DNA from: Thermoanaerobaculia bacterium
GTDB lineage: Bacteria > Acidobacteriota > Thermoanaerobaculia > Multivoradales > Multivoraceae
Assembly: GCA_963664405.1 (NCBI GenBank)
Contig: OY761158.1
Coordinates: 5,024,001 to 5,088,000, forward strand
Length of the DNA: 64,000 nt
Direction: 5' to 3'
Each line of letters starts with the position of its first letter. The first letter of the stretch is position 1. The notes below the pieces were generated by a model. That model saw only the letters and a list, made by a program, of their open reading frames with translations, was not told the DNA's origin and ran no database searches. Shown one piece after another: positions 55,499-64,000 of this stretch. The translations under genes and the position numbers were made by a program.

Positions 55499-57952
55499 AT
55501 GGGCAACGACTCCCGCGAGAACACTCTCCGCGAACGGATCGCCGAGGAAGAAAAGCATCTCGAGGAGCTCGACGGAGAGCGGCAGAACGCTCTGTCCCGG
55601 ATCCACAAGCTTCGCGAACAGCTCAATGGGAGGGTTGCTGGAACCGAAGTGGAGATCCTCGCGCAGCCCAACCTTTCGCAAGGTCTAACTTCTTCTCAGA
55701 AGCTCACTCTCTTTGGCCATCGGTTTCGCGGCCGCCAGGACGTGTTCGCCAAGCGATGGCCGAACAGCCGAACGGGGCGCAGCGGCTATGCTCCCGCTTG
55801 TGCCAACGACTGGGTGACGGGAATCTGTGAGAAGCCGCGCATCAGGTGCGGCGAGTGCCCCAATCAGGCCTTCCTGCTGGTCACCGATCAGGTGCTTCGG
55901 GATCATCTCTTCGATCGATATGTCGTGGGCGTCTACCCGCTTCTCCTCGACGAGACATGCTGGTTCCTAGCCGTCGACTTTGATGGCGAAGCCTGGCAGG
56001 AAGACGTTACAGCGTTCGTAGAGACGTGTCGCGGGTTCGAACTGGCTCCCTCCGTCGAGCGATCGAGGTCCGGTCGAGGAGCCCACGTCTGGTTCTTCTT
56101 CGCCGAGACGGTAGCTTCTACCGTGGCACGAAACCTCGGCTGCTGCCTCATAACGGAGACAATGTCGAGGCGGCACCAGCTGCCGATGACCTCATACGAC
56201 CGGCTCTTTCCCAGCCAGAACATTCTGCCGAAGGGAGGCTTCGGGAACCTGATCGCGCTGCCCTTCCAGGGTGACCCCCGCCAGGCCGGCAACACTCTGT
56301 TCCTCGATGAACACCTCAAACCCTGGAACGACCAGTGGGGGTACTTGGCGTCGACACCACGGATCGAGCTGAGCAGCGTCGACCGGATCGTGGGCGACGT
56401 TCAGGGCAGGGGAGGAATCCTCGGGGTTGCCAACGAGGAGGAGCTCGACGAGGAGATCACCCGGCCTTGGAAGCAGCGCCCGTCGCGACGGAGGACAGAG
56501 TCGAGGATCGCGGGCCCGCTCCCCAAACGAGTGCAGGCGGTCCTCGCACAAAGGCTGTTCGTCGAGACGGCTGGACTTCCATCGCCGCTCGTCAATCGAA
56601 TCAAGCGGCTCGCCGCATTTCAGAATCCGGTGTTCTATAAGAAACAGAGCCTTCGCCTATCTACGGCGTTGACTCCCCGGATCGTCTGCTGTGCTGAAGG
56701 GCTTCCGAAGTACGTGTCTCTTCCGAGAGGGTGTCAAACGGGCCTCGAGGAGCTACTCGAAGACCACGGAGTGGGACTAGCAATCCGCGATGAACGAGTC
56801 GCCTCGGAAGGGCCGGAGCTGTCCTTCGAAGGCGAGCTTACGCCGCTGCAAGCCGTAGCAGCCAAGGCGGTCCTCGACAGTGACACCGGGGTGCTCGTGG
56901 CCCCGCCTGGGATGGGGAAGACGGTGGTCGGCGCATACCTCATCGCCCAGCGCCGACTGCGAACGTTGGTGCTGGTCCATCGCCAACCACTCGCCGAGCA
57001 GTGGCGGGCACAGCTGGCTCTCTTCCTCGGAATCAAGGAGAAACAGATCGGGCAGATCGGAGCGGGCCGGAGCAAACCGAATGGTTGCCTCGACATCGCC
57101 ATGTTCCAAAGCCTCGTTCGCAAAGACTCCGTTCGAGATCTCGTTGCCGACTACGGTCACGTAATCGTCGATGAGTGTCACCACGTCCCAGCAGTTTCGT
57201 TCGAGCGAGTGCTCAACGAGGTGAAGGCGCGCTACATCGTGGGCCTGACGGCGACGCCAAGCCGACGGGACGGCCAACATCCCATCACTCGAATGCAATG
57301 CGGACCGGTTCGATACACAGTGAACCAGCGAGACCAGGCAAACCAACGCCGTTTCGAGCATCGGCTCCGAATCCGCAAAACCCTCTTTGGCTTCGAGGAA
57401 TCGGTCATTGAGGCCGGCATTCAGGCCGTCTACGGGAGGATGACCGTGGATGAGAACCGGAACCGTCTGATTCTCGACGACGTACTGCTGGCGCTGGAGG
57501 CCCGCCGGTCACCAATCGTTCTGACCGAGCGCAGGGACCACCTTGATTTCCTGGCTGCAGAGCTCGACGGATTCGTCCGGAATCTCGTCGTTCTTCGTGG
57601 AGGCATGAGCGCCAAAGAGAGACAGGAGGCGATGCGGTTGCTCAAGGAGCTCGATGACGGGGAGGAGAGGCTCGTCTTGGCCACTGGGCGCTATGTCGGA
57701 GAGGGCTTTGACCATTCACGCCTCGACACCCTCTTCTTGACCATGCCGGTGTCGTGGAAAGGCACCCTCACACAGTACGTGGGCCGGCTCCACCGACACC
57801 ACGCCGGCAAGTTACGAGTCGTGGTCTACGACTACGTCGACACCAGGGTGCCGATGCTAGCTCGCATGTTCGACAGGAGACTTCGGACCTATCGAGCCCT
57901 CGGCTACAAGATCGACGAGCATGTCGCCCAGCGGGGGCTTGTCCTGCCCTGA
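55499..57952 (+). CDS. AEP primase (TOTE-type) fused to SF2 DExH helicase
   Basis: FRGR.DV, Cys cluster, FLAVDFD, ERSRSG.GAHVW, GGFGNLIALP; Walker A PPGMGKT, DECHH, TAT, Q..GR. Confidence 0.88.
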   Translation: MGNDSRENTLRERIAEEEKHLEELDGERQNALSRIHKLREQLNGRVAGTEVEILAQPNLSQGLTSSQKLTLFGHRFRGRQDVFAKRWPNSRTGRSGYAPACANDWVTGICEKPRIRCGECPNQAFLLVTDQVLRDHLFDRYVVGVYPLLLDETCWFLAVDFDGEAWQEDVTAFVETCRGFELAPSVERSRSGRGAHVWFFFAETVASTVARNLGCCLITETMSRRHQLPMTSYDRLFPSQNILPKGGFGNLIALPFQGDPRQAGNTLFLDEHLKPWNDQWGYLASTPRIELSSVDRIVGDVQGRGGILGVANEEELDEEITRPWKQRPSRRRTESRIAGPLPKRVQAVLAQRLFVETAGLPSPLVNRIKRLAAFQNPVFYKKQSLRLSTALTPRIVCCAEGLPKYVSLPRGCQTGLEELLEDHGVGLAIRDERVASEGPELSFEGELTPLQAVAAKAVLDSDTGVLVAPPGMGKTVVGAYLIAQRRLRTLVLVHRQPLAEQWRAQLALFLGIKEKQIGQIGAGRSKPNGCLDIAMFQSLVRKDSVRDLVADYGHVIVDECHHVPAVSFERVLNEVKARYIVGLTATPSRRDGQHPITRMQCGPVRYTVNQRDQANQRRFEHRLRIRKTLFGFEESVIEAGIQAVYGRMTVDENRNRLILDDVLLALEARRSPIVLTERRDHLDFLAAELDGFVRNLVVLRGGMSAKERQEAMRLLKELDDGEERLVLATGRYVGEGFDHSRLDTLFLTMPVSWKGTLTQYVGRLHRHHAGKLRVVVYDYVDTRVPMLARMFDRRLRTYRALGYKIDEHVAQRGLVLP

Positions 57953-58081
57953 CGAAACTGACCGCTTGTCAAGACACCGCTCAAGTTCTTCGCATGAGCA
58001 ACTGATGGGAGTCGGCCGGCCGCCAGCGCCAGGGATTCTTGTAGGCAACCTCGAGTCCACCAACCCAAAAGGATTGAGAAT

Positions 58082-58129
58082 TGGTGGAGCCGAAGGGAAT
58101 CGAACCCTCGACCTCTTGAATGCCATTCA
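58082..58129 (-). mobile_element. att site: second copy of the tRNA-Ala(GGC) 3' end
   Basis: 47/48 identical direct repeat of 53939-53986; no tRNA 5' half. Confidence 0.85.
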
Positions 58130-58208
58130 TAGGGCGCCGGTTTGGCGGAGTTTGCTGTGGTTTGCGATGCAGCAAGAAGGCCGAGGTGCAGGGTTATTCG
58201 GCAAGAGC

Positions 58209-59086
58209 TCATGGAGTGAGCGCGAAACAGTAGATACCGCCATAGCCGTCTCCGAATCCCACTGAAGGGACGGTCTTGTCGGAGAAGTTCGGGGTGACAG
58301 CGCCACCCGGCGCACAGCCGACAGCAGTGAAGCGAGACAGCCAGGGATCCTCTTTTCCAGCACGCGACCACGACAAGCCACCGTGGGGTCGTCCGGAGGA
58401 GCCGAATGACACGCGTGTGCGGGTCTGTCTTATTTCTATCCCTCCAGGGTAGGAACCGTCGGCGGTGGTCCAATCGCTACAGGTGGAGGACAGGGGATCC
58501 CCACCCCCATCCGGTTCCAGGTCGGGGTACAGCTCTCCCTTCTCGGTGGACCCGGTCAAGGTGTGGTGATTTGCCTGCTGCGGCTGGTTGGGGTCCGGCT
58601 GGTGGTTCGGGACACCATCCTCGTTGGGGAGGTCGTTTCTTATCGCCGGGTCTGCGTTGGGTCGGACATCCGCCACCAGGTCCGCCTTTGTCTGAGACAC
58701 CAGTCTGCCGAGTCGGTCGTACCACGGACCCTCGCCGATCCGATCGATCGCATTCACCGACTTGCCATTCTCGTCGGCGTGGGCACTGAGGAACGCGCGC
58801 CATTGCTTGGCAGACGAGCCCGGCATGCTTCGCTCGGCAATGGTGGCGCAGATCTTGTCGGCTCCGCGCAGACCGGCCCCCGGACCCGCCTCACCGAAGC
58901 GAAGATCGGCGCCGAAGCCATCGGATTGCCCGATAGTTCCTGAATCGCTTTGAGGCTGGTCACAAAGAAGCTGAAATGAGGAAGGGAGTCCGCATCCCTC
59001 TCGGCTCCAGCTACGGGCGCACCCACCAGGACTATCGAAGCGGTCAAAACGGACCAGAGCATGGCTCCTGCACTACGATTCGTCAT
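58209..59086 (-). CDS. Secreted endostatin/DUF1554-like protein, paralog 3; frameshift near 58922
   Basis: ORFs 58754-59086 and 58209-58826 join if one base is restored (CCGATGGC vs CCGAGTGGC in paralog 2). Confidence 0.7.
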
Positions 59087-59159
59087 CGGTTCTCCTTATG
59101 GGCAACTCTGCCATGGATCGAGGGACAGAGAATCTCCTCCGCCGAGCTGACATAAGAGA

Positions 59160-59186
59160 ATTGTCGCCGCTCGGCCCAAGTGTGAC
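59160..59186 (-). promoter_or_regulatory. Bipartite motif
   Basis: GTCACACTT-N10-GCGACAAT. Confidence 0.6.
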
Positions 59187-59201
59187 GGCGTCCGAGCGGC
59201 G

Positions 59202-61784
59202 TCATCCGTCAGCCTCGCCTATGAACCATGGGCTCGACCATGCCCGGCCGCCGTCGATCTGGGTCACGCGCACGTAGTAGTAGTCTCCGGCGGACGGAGG
59301 GTCGAGGTCACGGAGCTCGAGCACCTGATCGAGGGAGGCGTCGGGCCTAACTACCTGGAGGCTGACGCGGTCGGTGTAGCGACCGCTCTCGATGGTGTGT
59401 TCCAGCCGGCCGGCTTCGATGGCGGCGAAGTCTAGAAGGAAGTCGCTGGGAGCCTCGGCACCCCGGCCCCCAGCAGCCCTGGTTCCCCCTCCTCCGGCCG
59501 GATCGATCTGGAAGTCGAAGCTCGTGCTCGAGGTCGCACCCTCGAGCTCAATCAGCATGGTGTCGATCCGGCCACGGGTCCAGGTCTCAAAGTCGATCTG
59601 CGCCCCCCCTTCGGCATCGACGATGGCGGCACTCTCGAGATGGGGATTCTCGAAGCCGGGTGCAGAGACACCGAGAAAGTGCGCGCCCTTGACAGTGAGG
59701 GTGCCCTTCCACCGCCGGTGGCTGCGCCCTCGGGAAGGATACGCCTCCGAGGCCGGCTCGCTCGACGACTCGAAGCCAACCAGGATCCACGAGTGGGAGG
59801 TGAGCGGCGCGGGGAGATAGGAGCGACCGAAGACCACCTCGCCGTTGCGGATCACCTCGATCCGGTCGATGGCGGCGGTACCGGAGACCCGGCACACCAG
59901 ATGCCGCTCGTCAGACACTTCGTCGACAGCGAGCCTGCTGCCCATGCGACGGCCGTTGAGTCGAGCGTCGAGCAGGATGCGCTCGCCAGAGGTGGCGTAA
60001 GCTGAAAGGCCGCGCATCGCATCGAAGAGGGCGTCGCGGGTCTTGGCGGGGGCGATCACCGCCGCCAAACCGGGGAACTGCCGCAGCCGCCCGCTCCTCG
60101 CCGCCGAGTAGCCCGGCTTCGCTCGGTGATCGTCGGAAGCGGCGACGAAGCCGACCTCGAAACCGTTCTGGAGGAAGAGGTTGCCGAACCACTCGAAGCT
60201 GCCGTGCATCGAGTAGATCTCGACCAGTTTCTCCATCTCCGGATCGTTCCTCGTCCAGTCGCCGGGCTCGTGAGCGTGGGGAATGATGAGCACATCCTCG
60301 GGATCGTTCCCTCTGCGGAGACCTCGGTAGAGATCCGGCAAGGTGGCAGCGACCTGGCGACCCACACGGTCTCGGTCCGGGGTTCGGAACAGCACGTTGT
60401 TGTGCCCGCCCTGAGCTGCGGGCACCGTCCACTCGTAGGCCAGGAAGGTAACGAAGCGACCTTCCTCGTTGTACTGGCGCGACAGCTCTTGCATCCTGCG
60501 CCACTCGTAGTCATCGAGGTAGTTGTCGTGCTCCGAGTAGCCCAGAAAATCGAGCCGCGCGTCCTCGGTGGCGTAGCGAAAGACCTCCTCGGCCGAGCCC
60601 TGGCCTTCCGCATACCCGCTGTGGACGTGGGTCTCGCCGAAGTAGATGCGCGGGTCCGGATCGCGCTCGACCCAGATCGGATTGGTGGTGGTGCGAAGGG
60701 TGCCATCCTCAGAACGAACGGTGAAGCGATGGGCTCCCGGCTCGTCGATCGAGAGGCCCTCGACCACGACAGCCGGCTCTTCCCCGGCAGGGATCGTGTG
60801 CACGACCTCGTTTCCGAGCAGGACTTCGTAGCCGGGAAGCGCACCGACGGCGCGGTTGAGATAACGATCCTGGCTGCGCACCAGGAGATCGAAGGGCTCG
60901 CCCACCCCGACCGTCGACGGCGCGAACGCCACCACCGAATCCAGCGCGGAGCCGACCACGCGCAGCACGGGCCAGTCGAGACTGAAGAAATTGTCTTCGC
61001 CTTCGAAGTCGACGTAGAGCGGCATGAGTAGACGGTCGGTGCTCCAGGTCTGCACCAGAAGGCCTCTCGAGCCACCGCTGCGATCTCCGTAGGTCACGGT
61101 AATCATGTCGCCCTGCTCGAGGGCAGCCCCCGCGACCCGGTAGGCGGCGTGCACACGGGTCGCGGTCCCCAGGCGCCTCGGTGGGAAGTCGAAGGCTTCG
61201 AGCCGTGTCGCTTCCCTCGAGACACGAATCGAGAAGTAGTTGTCGGCCGCCGGATCCTCGGTCTGAAGGCCTCCCTGGTCGATACCCAGTTGGCTACCGA
61301 CGAGGACACCTCCGCCGAGTTGTATCGGCATCTCGCCCACGGTGAAGGTTTGCTCGATCTCGATCCAGCTACCCGACTCGACAGGGGCGTCAGGGACCAG
61401 GCGGAGGCTGCCGAGGGCGGCAGGCTTCTCGTCCTTGACTTGGAGCTCCCGCAGGTAGTCGTCGGTGAGCTTCAACAGCTCGTCGCTCGGCCCCTCCGCA
61501 AGAGCAGTCGCCAGGCGGGCGCGGGCCACGTGACGGGTGAGAGCGATCGGCAGCGAGGCGCCGGTGAGAGCGTAGGCGTTGGCCCAGTCCCAGAGCACAT
61601 CGGTGCGCTCCGCAAAGGTCCCAGCGGTGGTCGGGGCGAGCGACATCTCTTGCTTCACCTCCTCGACGCGGGCGCGGAGGTCACTCGGAAGGTGGTCGTC
61701 TTCGCTGGTTGGCGAGCAGGCGAATGTGCTGACGATCGCTATCAGGAGCGATGATCTCGTAATCGCCGCCGGCACCTTCTTCAC
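59202..61784 (-). CDS. DUF3604/PHP-like metallohydrolase lipoprotein
   Basis: TFAC lipobox; FGETHVHS, LDF....EHD, YEW, GGHNNV, IPH, EIYS.HG, SDDH, YATSG.RI, YYYVRV.Q.DG.RAWSSP. Confidence 0.85.
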   Translation of the reverse strand: MKKVPAAITRSSLLIAIVSTFACSPTSEDDHLPSDLRARVEEVKQEMSLAPTTAGTFAERTDVLWDWANAYALTGASLPIALTRHVARARLATALAEGPSDELLKLTDDYLRELQVKDEKPAALGSLRLVPDAPVESGSWIEIEQTFTVGEMPIQLGGGVLVGSQLGIDQGGLQTEDPAADNYFSIRVSREATRLEAFDFPPRRLGTATRVHAAYRVAGAALEQGDMITVTYGDRSGGSRGLLVQTWSTDRLLMPLYVDFEGEDNFFSLDWPVLRVVGSALDSVVAFAPSTVGVGEPFDLLVRSQDRYLNRAVGALPGYEVLLGNEVVHTIPAGEEPAVVVEGLSIDEPGAHRFTVRSEDGTLRTTTNPIWVERDPDPRIYFGETHVHSGYAEGQGSAEEVFRYATEDARLDFLGYSEHDNYLDDYEWRRMQELSRQYNEEGRFVTFLAYEWTVPAAQGGHNNVLFRTPDRDRVGRQVAATLPDLYRGLRRGNDPEDVLIIPHAHEPGDWTRNDPEMEKLVEIYSMHGSFEWFGNLFLQNGFEVGFVAASDDHRAKPGYSAARSGRLRQFPGLAAVIAPAKTRDALFDAMRGLSAYATSGERILLDARLNGRRMGSRLAVDEVSDERHLVCRVSGTAAIDRIEVIRNGEVVFGRSYLPAPLTSHSWILVGFESSSEPASEAYPSRGRSHRRWKGTLTVKGAHFLGVSAPGFENPHLESAAIVDAEGGAQIDFETWTRGRIDTMLIELEGATSSTSFDFQIDPAGGGGTRAAGGRGAEAPSDFLLDFAAIEAGRLEHTIESGRYTDRVSLQVVRPDASLDQVLELRDLDPPSAGDYYYVRVTQIDGGRAWSSPWFIGEADG

Positions 61785-63997
61785 CTGACTCGCTGCAGCG
61801 CCGCACGAGTGAGAATGCGCAACTGGTCCACGCCGTCGCCGCCTGCTCGAGTGTCGACGATGATCTTCTTCCCGCCCTCGAGCACCTTCCAGCCATCGAA
61901 GCCGGGCTCACCGACCAGCGTTCCGCGATCGGTCGAAGTCCCGAAGTCGGGGTCGGCAAAGGCGAGAAAGTCACTGCCGACCAAGCTCGCCGAGCTCGCT
62001 GCCACTCCCACGATCGGATCGTCGAGCTCGATCTCCACTCCGCCGAGGTCGGTCGCAGCCTTCGGGGCGAAGTGAAAGAGATAGCTGTGGACGACCGTAC
62101 CTGAAGGTATCGTCGCTCCCGCCGGAAGGTTACCGGCATCGTAAGCGGCGGCGGCACCGTCGCTGTCGACCCTCAGGTCCTCTTCGAGGGTCGCAAACTG
62201 CCGCTCGACCACCAGCTCCGGCCGGTCGGCGGCGGTGAGACGGCTCGCCGATAGATCGTCGGGGACGGTCTCGTCGTCGGTGTCGCCGAGAATGTCTACG
62301 CCCTCCGTGGCCGCGATTCGGGTGTCGTAATCGGCACCGTCGCGACTGGCGGCGGACTCGACTTCGAACCAGACGGTGATGTCCTCCAGCAGCGACGCGA
62401 AGAGCTGCTGGACCTCCGCCGGCTTCGAGGCGATGTCGGCGCTGGTGGCGACAGGGCTCGTCTCCCGCGGATCTTCGATCAGATCGTAGAGCTCCCACTC
62501 CCTGCCGCTGGTCTCGGAGATCAGCTTGTAGCGATCATCGATGATCGAGCGTCCGCCGCCCACCCTCTGCACCGTTCCGCCACGTCCTGCCTGCCGGCTG
62601 TCGCAGTCGTTGGGCTCGTCAGGGCCGCGGTTGGTCGTCGAGTCACCACAGTCTTCCCACTCGATACGGTGGGAGCGTTTGGCTGAGCGATCACCGAAAA
62701 GCACCTCGGTCATCGACTCGCCGTCGAGCGGCCGGGCGTCGGGCATCTCCACTCCCCAGATGTCCATCAGCGTCGGCAGGTAATCGCTGGTGATCATCGG
62801 CGTATGGGTTTCCCCCGGGGCGATCTGCCCCGGCCACTCGATGATGCCAGGCACCCGGACCCCACCCTCCCAGAGCTCGCCCTTGCGCCCGCGCAGGCGC
62901 CCGGTGCCCTCGCTGGGATCGTCGACTCTCACCGATGCCGACATACCGTTGTCCGAAGTGAAGGCCACGAGAGTTTCTCTTTCGATGCCGCGACTGCGCA
63001 GCTGCGAGCGCAGACGACCGATCTCCCGGTCTAGCGCGGTGATGCCCGAGTAGTACGGCGCCTCGTAATCGTTCATCTCGTCGCGCTCCTCGGCCGTATA
63101 GAGCTCATTCAGAGTCTCCGGGTGGAGGCGGTGCGGCCCGTGCGGTGGATGGAACCAGATGACGGCGAAGAAAGGCCGGTCGGCGGCCTTGGCATCGTCG
63201 ATGAATTGGAGGGTCTCGCGGACGAGGATCGCCGAGGTGTCGCCCCGTAGCTCTTGCGAGTCGATGTCGACGTACTCCCGGTGGCCGGTAAAGTAATGAC
63301 CGCCGTGAAAGTTGCCCTCACTGGGGAGCGGCCCTGCCGGATCCCGGCGCATCGGCTCGAAGGTCGGCAACGCCTGCGGGCTGGCGAAGCTACGGTCGTA
63401 GCCGTGGTGCCATGGCGCCGAATAGAACTCGCCACCGCTGGTACCTTGGCATCCAGACCGGCGGTTGTCACCGGCGCAGCGGGCGAAGTCTCCTCCTCCC
63501 CGCTCGCTTGCCCTGTCGAGATTGCCCAGGTGCCACTTGCCGAAGTGCCCGGTCATGTAGCCCTGGGTTTTGGCGACCTCGGCGATGGTCAGCTCGAGGT
63601 TGCGTAGGCCTCCATTGTAGGCCCAGTCGATTCCGGTTCGCCGTGAAGCACGACCGATGACGAAGGAGGCCCGCGTCGGGCTGCATACCGAGCCGCCGGA
63701 GTACATGCGATGGAATTGCAGCCCCTCTGCAGCCATCGCCCGGAGGTTAGGAGTTTTGACTTCGGTATGGCCCGGGTAGACATCACCGGGGGCGCGCTGC
63801 TGTGGGTACTCGACGTGGCCCCAGCCCTGATCGTCGCTCATCATCAGAATCACGTTCGGCCGGGATGGAGCCTTCGCTGAGGAGGGAGACGGCGCCTGCG
63901 CCACCAGTCCAGCAGCGCAGCCGAGGGCGGTGAGGATGGCGACCCCAGCTCTCCCTCGAGGTACGCCAACCACGAAGCTGGGCTTACAGCTCGTCAT
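61781..63997 (-). CDS. Sulfatase with extra C-terminal domain
   Basis: PNVILMMSDDQGWG, CSPTRAS, GKWHLG, SDNG; paralog of 40473-42689. Confidence 0.9.
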   Translation of the reverse strand: MTSCKPSFVVGVPRGRAGVAILTALGCAAGLVAQAPSPSSAKAPSRPNVILMMSDDQGWGHVEYPQQRAPGDVYPGHTEVKTPNLRAMAAEGLQFHRMYSGGSVCSPTRASFVIGRASRRTGIDWAYNGGLRNLELTIAEVAKTQGYMTGHFGKWHLGNLDRASERGGGDFARCAGDNRRSGCQGTSGGEFYSAPWHHGYDRSFASPQALPTFEPMRRDPAGPLPSEGNFHGGHYFTGHREYVDIDSQELRGDTSAILVRETLQFIDDAKAADRPFFAVIWFHPPHGPHRLHPETLNELYTAEERDEMNDYEAPYYSGITALDREIGRLRSQLRSRGIERETLVAFTSDNGMSASVRVDDPSEGTGRLRGRKGELWEGGVRVPGIIEWPGQIAPGETHTPMITSDYLPTLMDIWGVEMPDARPLDGESMTEVLFGDRSAKRSHRIEWEDCGDSTTNRGPDEPNDCDSRQAGRGGTVQRVGGGRSIIDDRYKLISETSGREWELYDLIEDPRETSPVATSADIASKPAEVQQLFASLLEDITVWFEVESAASRDGADYDTRIAATEGVDILGDTDDETVPDDLSASRLTAADRPELVVERQFATLEEDLRVDSDGAAAAYDAGNLPAGATIPSGTVVHSYLFHFAPKAATDLGGVEIELDDPIVGVAASSASLVGSDFLAFADPDFGTSTDRGTLVGEPGFDGWKVLEGGKKIIVDTRAGGDGVDQLRILTRAALQRVR

Positions 63998-64000
63998 GAC

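Noticed and set aside
53939-58129. Functional tRNA-Ala genes
   Set aside because: Both copies lack the 5' acceptor strand and D-arm; treated as att sites
52890-58930. Programmed frameshifts in DUF1552 and lectin paralog 3
   Set aside because: Single-base indels without slippery-site context, one in a C-run; sequencing error or recent decay is simpler

Overview
GC-rich bacterial accessory region; the gene families (Oar-like TonB receptor, DUF1553/DUF1501, DUF1592/DUF1552, PQQ enzymes, TPR fragment) suggest Acidobacteriota, which is an inference. It has no housekeeping genes and is a mosaic of three things. (1) Exported catabolic and envelope genes: four sulfatases, DUF3604/PHP hydrolases, PQQ proteins, three endostatin/DUF1554-like paralogs, a CotH kinase and a lipoprotein with a PPDK_N domain. 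(2) Five toxin-antitoxin pairs. (3) Mobile DNA: an intact IS256 with 8-bp TSD, DUF222-HNH, IS91 and integrase remnants, two tRNA-Ala att repeats around a primase-helicase island, and two small repeat families. Many truncated or internally deleted paralog fragments lie between these. Best candidates for something new: (a) a TonB-receptor variation locus, with a silent 3' cassette differing at 23 non-synonymous vs 3 synonymous codons, a 17-bp promoter tandem repeat and an IS256 between promoter and gene; (b) a bipartite motif GTCACACTT-N9-10-GYRACAA(T/G) before five transcription units, including a putative exported phosphotransfer module; (c) a REP/MITE-like element whose 45-bp core is in opposite orientations in two copies. 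All family calls are from motif recognition by eye. Several single-base frameshifts may be sequencing errors.
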